This document shows, in pieces, positions 63,570 to 64,000 of a stretch of 64,000 bases of DNA. Below the pieces are notes generated by a model that did not search any database, was not told the DNA's origin, and saw only the letters and a program-made list of their open reading frames with translations. Position numbers and translations under genes: made by a program. Position 1 is the first letter of the stretch. Every line of letters starts with the position of its first letter. The DNA is from the human T2T-CHM13v2.0 reference genome, Homo sapiens: NCBI RefSeq assembly GCF_009914755.1, contig NC_060930.1. One strand, written 5' to 3'.

Positions 63570-64000
63570 AATGTTATAATAAAAGTAGTAACTAAAACAG
63601 TGACATACTGGCATAGGGAACAGATAATAGATCAATGGACTGGAATAGAAGCCCTACATAGATATGACATCTTGGTGTACGACAGATACAGCATTCTGTA
63701 TTAGTAGGGAAGGATAGAGTCCTATATAAATGAGACCTAAATGTGAAAAGCAAAGTGTTAACATTTAAGAGAGAAATATAGGAGAATGCTTTGTAACATT
63801 AGTATAGGAAGGCTTTATTTTAAAAGTTCATGAAAAAAAGAACTGATACATTTGTCCCCACTCTATTTAAAGCATCTGCACGTTTAGACAAACTATAACC
63901 CAAGTGAAGACAAGCCACAAACTGGAAGAAGACACCACTGATAAAAGATTAGTATCCAAAATGAGTAAGAAAACTGTAGAAATCAATATGAAAATTCAAA
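63570..64000 (+). mobile_element. Ancient L1M ORF2 remnant, runs off the window
   Basis: aaaacagtgacatactggcatagggaacagataatagatcaatggactggaatagaagccc...gacaagccacaaactggaagaa...gataaaagattagtatccaaa. Confidence 0.65.

Overview
Human genomic DNA from the PRKN (PARK2, parkin) gene at 6q26, within common fragile site FRA6E. The gene is on the minus strand. The only coding sequence is PRKN exon 2 (2462-2625, 164 nt), which encodes most of the ubiquitin-like domain (residues 3-57) and has canonical splice sites. Positions 1-2461 are the start of intron 2 and 2626-64000 are the 3' part of the very large intron 1. The rest is repeat-rich: about 33 Alu elements or monomers (including a human-specific AluYb8), plus L1, L2, MIR, CR1/L3, ERVL LTR and Tigger/Charlie/MADE fossils, and several micro- and minisatellites. 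I found no support for a new gene or multi-gene system. The best observations are structural: (1) an Alu carrying 142 bp of extra non-Alu sequence inside its target-site duplication (TSD), a candidate Alu 3' transduction; (2) a ~90-bp copy of nearby unique sequence pasted into an LTR40 element; (3) repeated use of the same L1-endonuclease sites, including L1PA followed by AluYb8; (4) a minisatellite that arose inside an L1MC fossil; (5) an AluY left arm inserted into an AluS. Repeat subfamily names come from my recollection of consensus sequences, not a RepeatMasker run, and the boundaries of old repeats are approximate.
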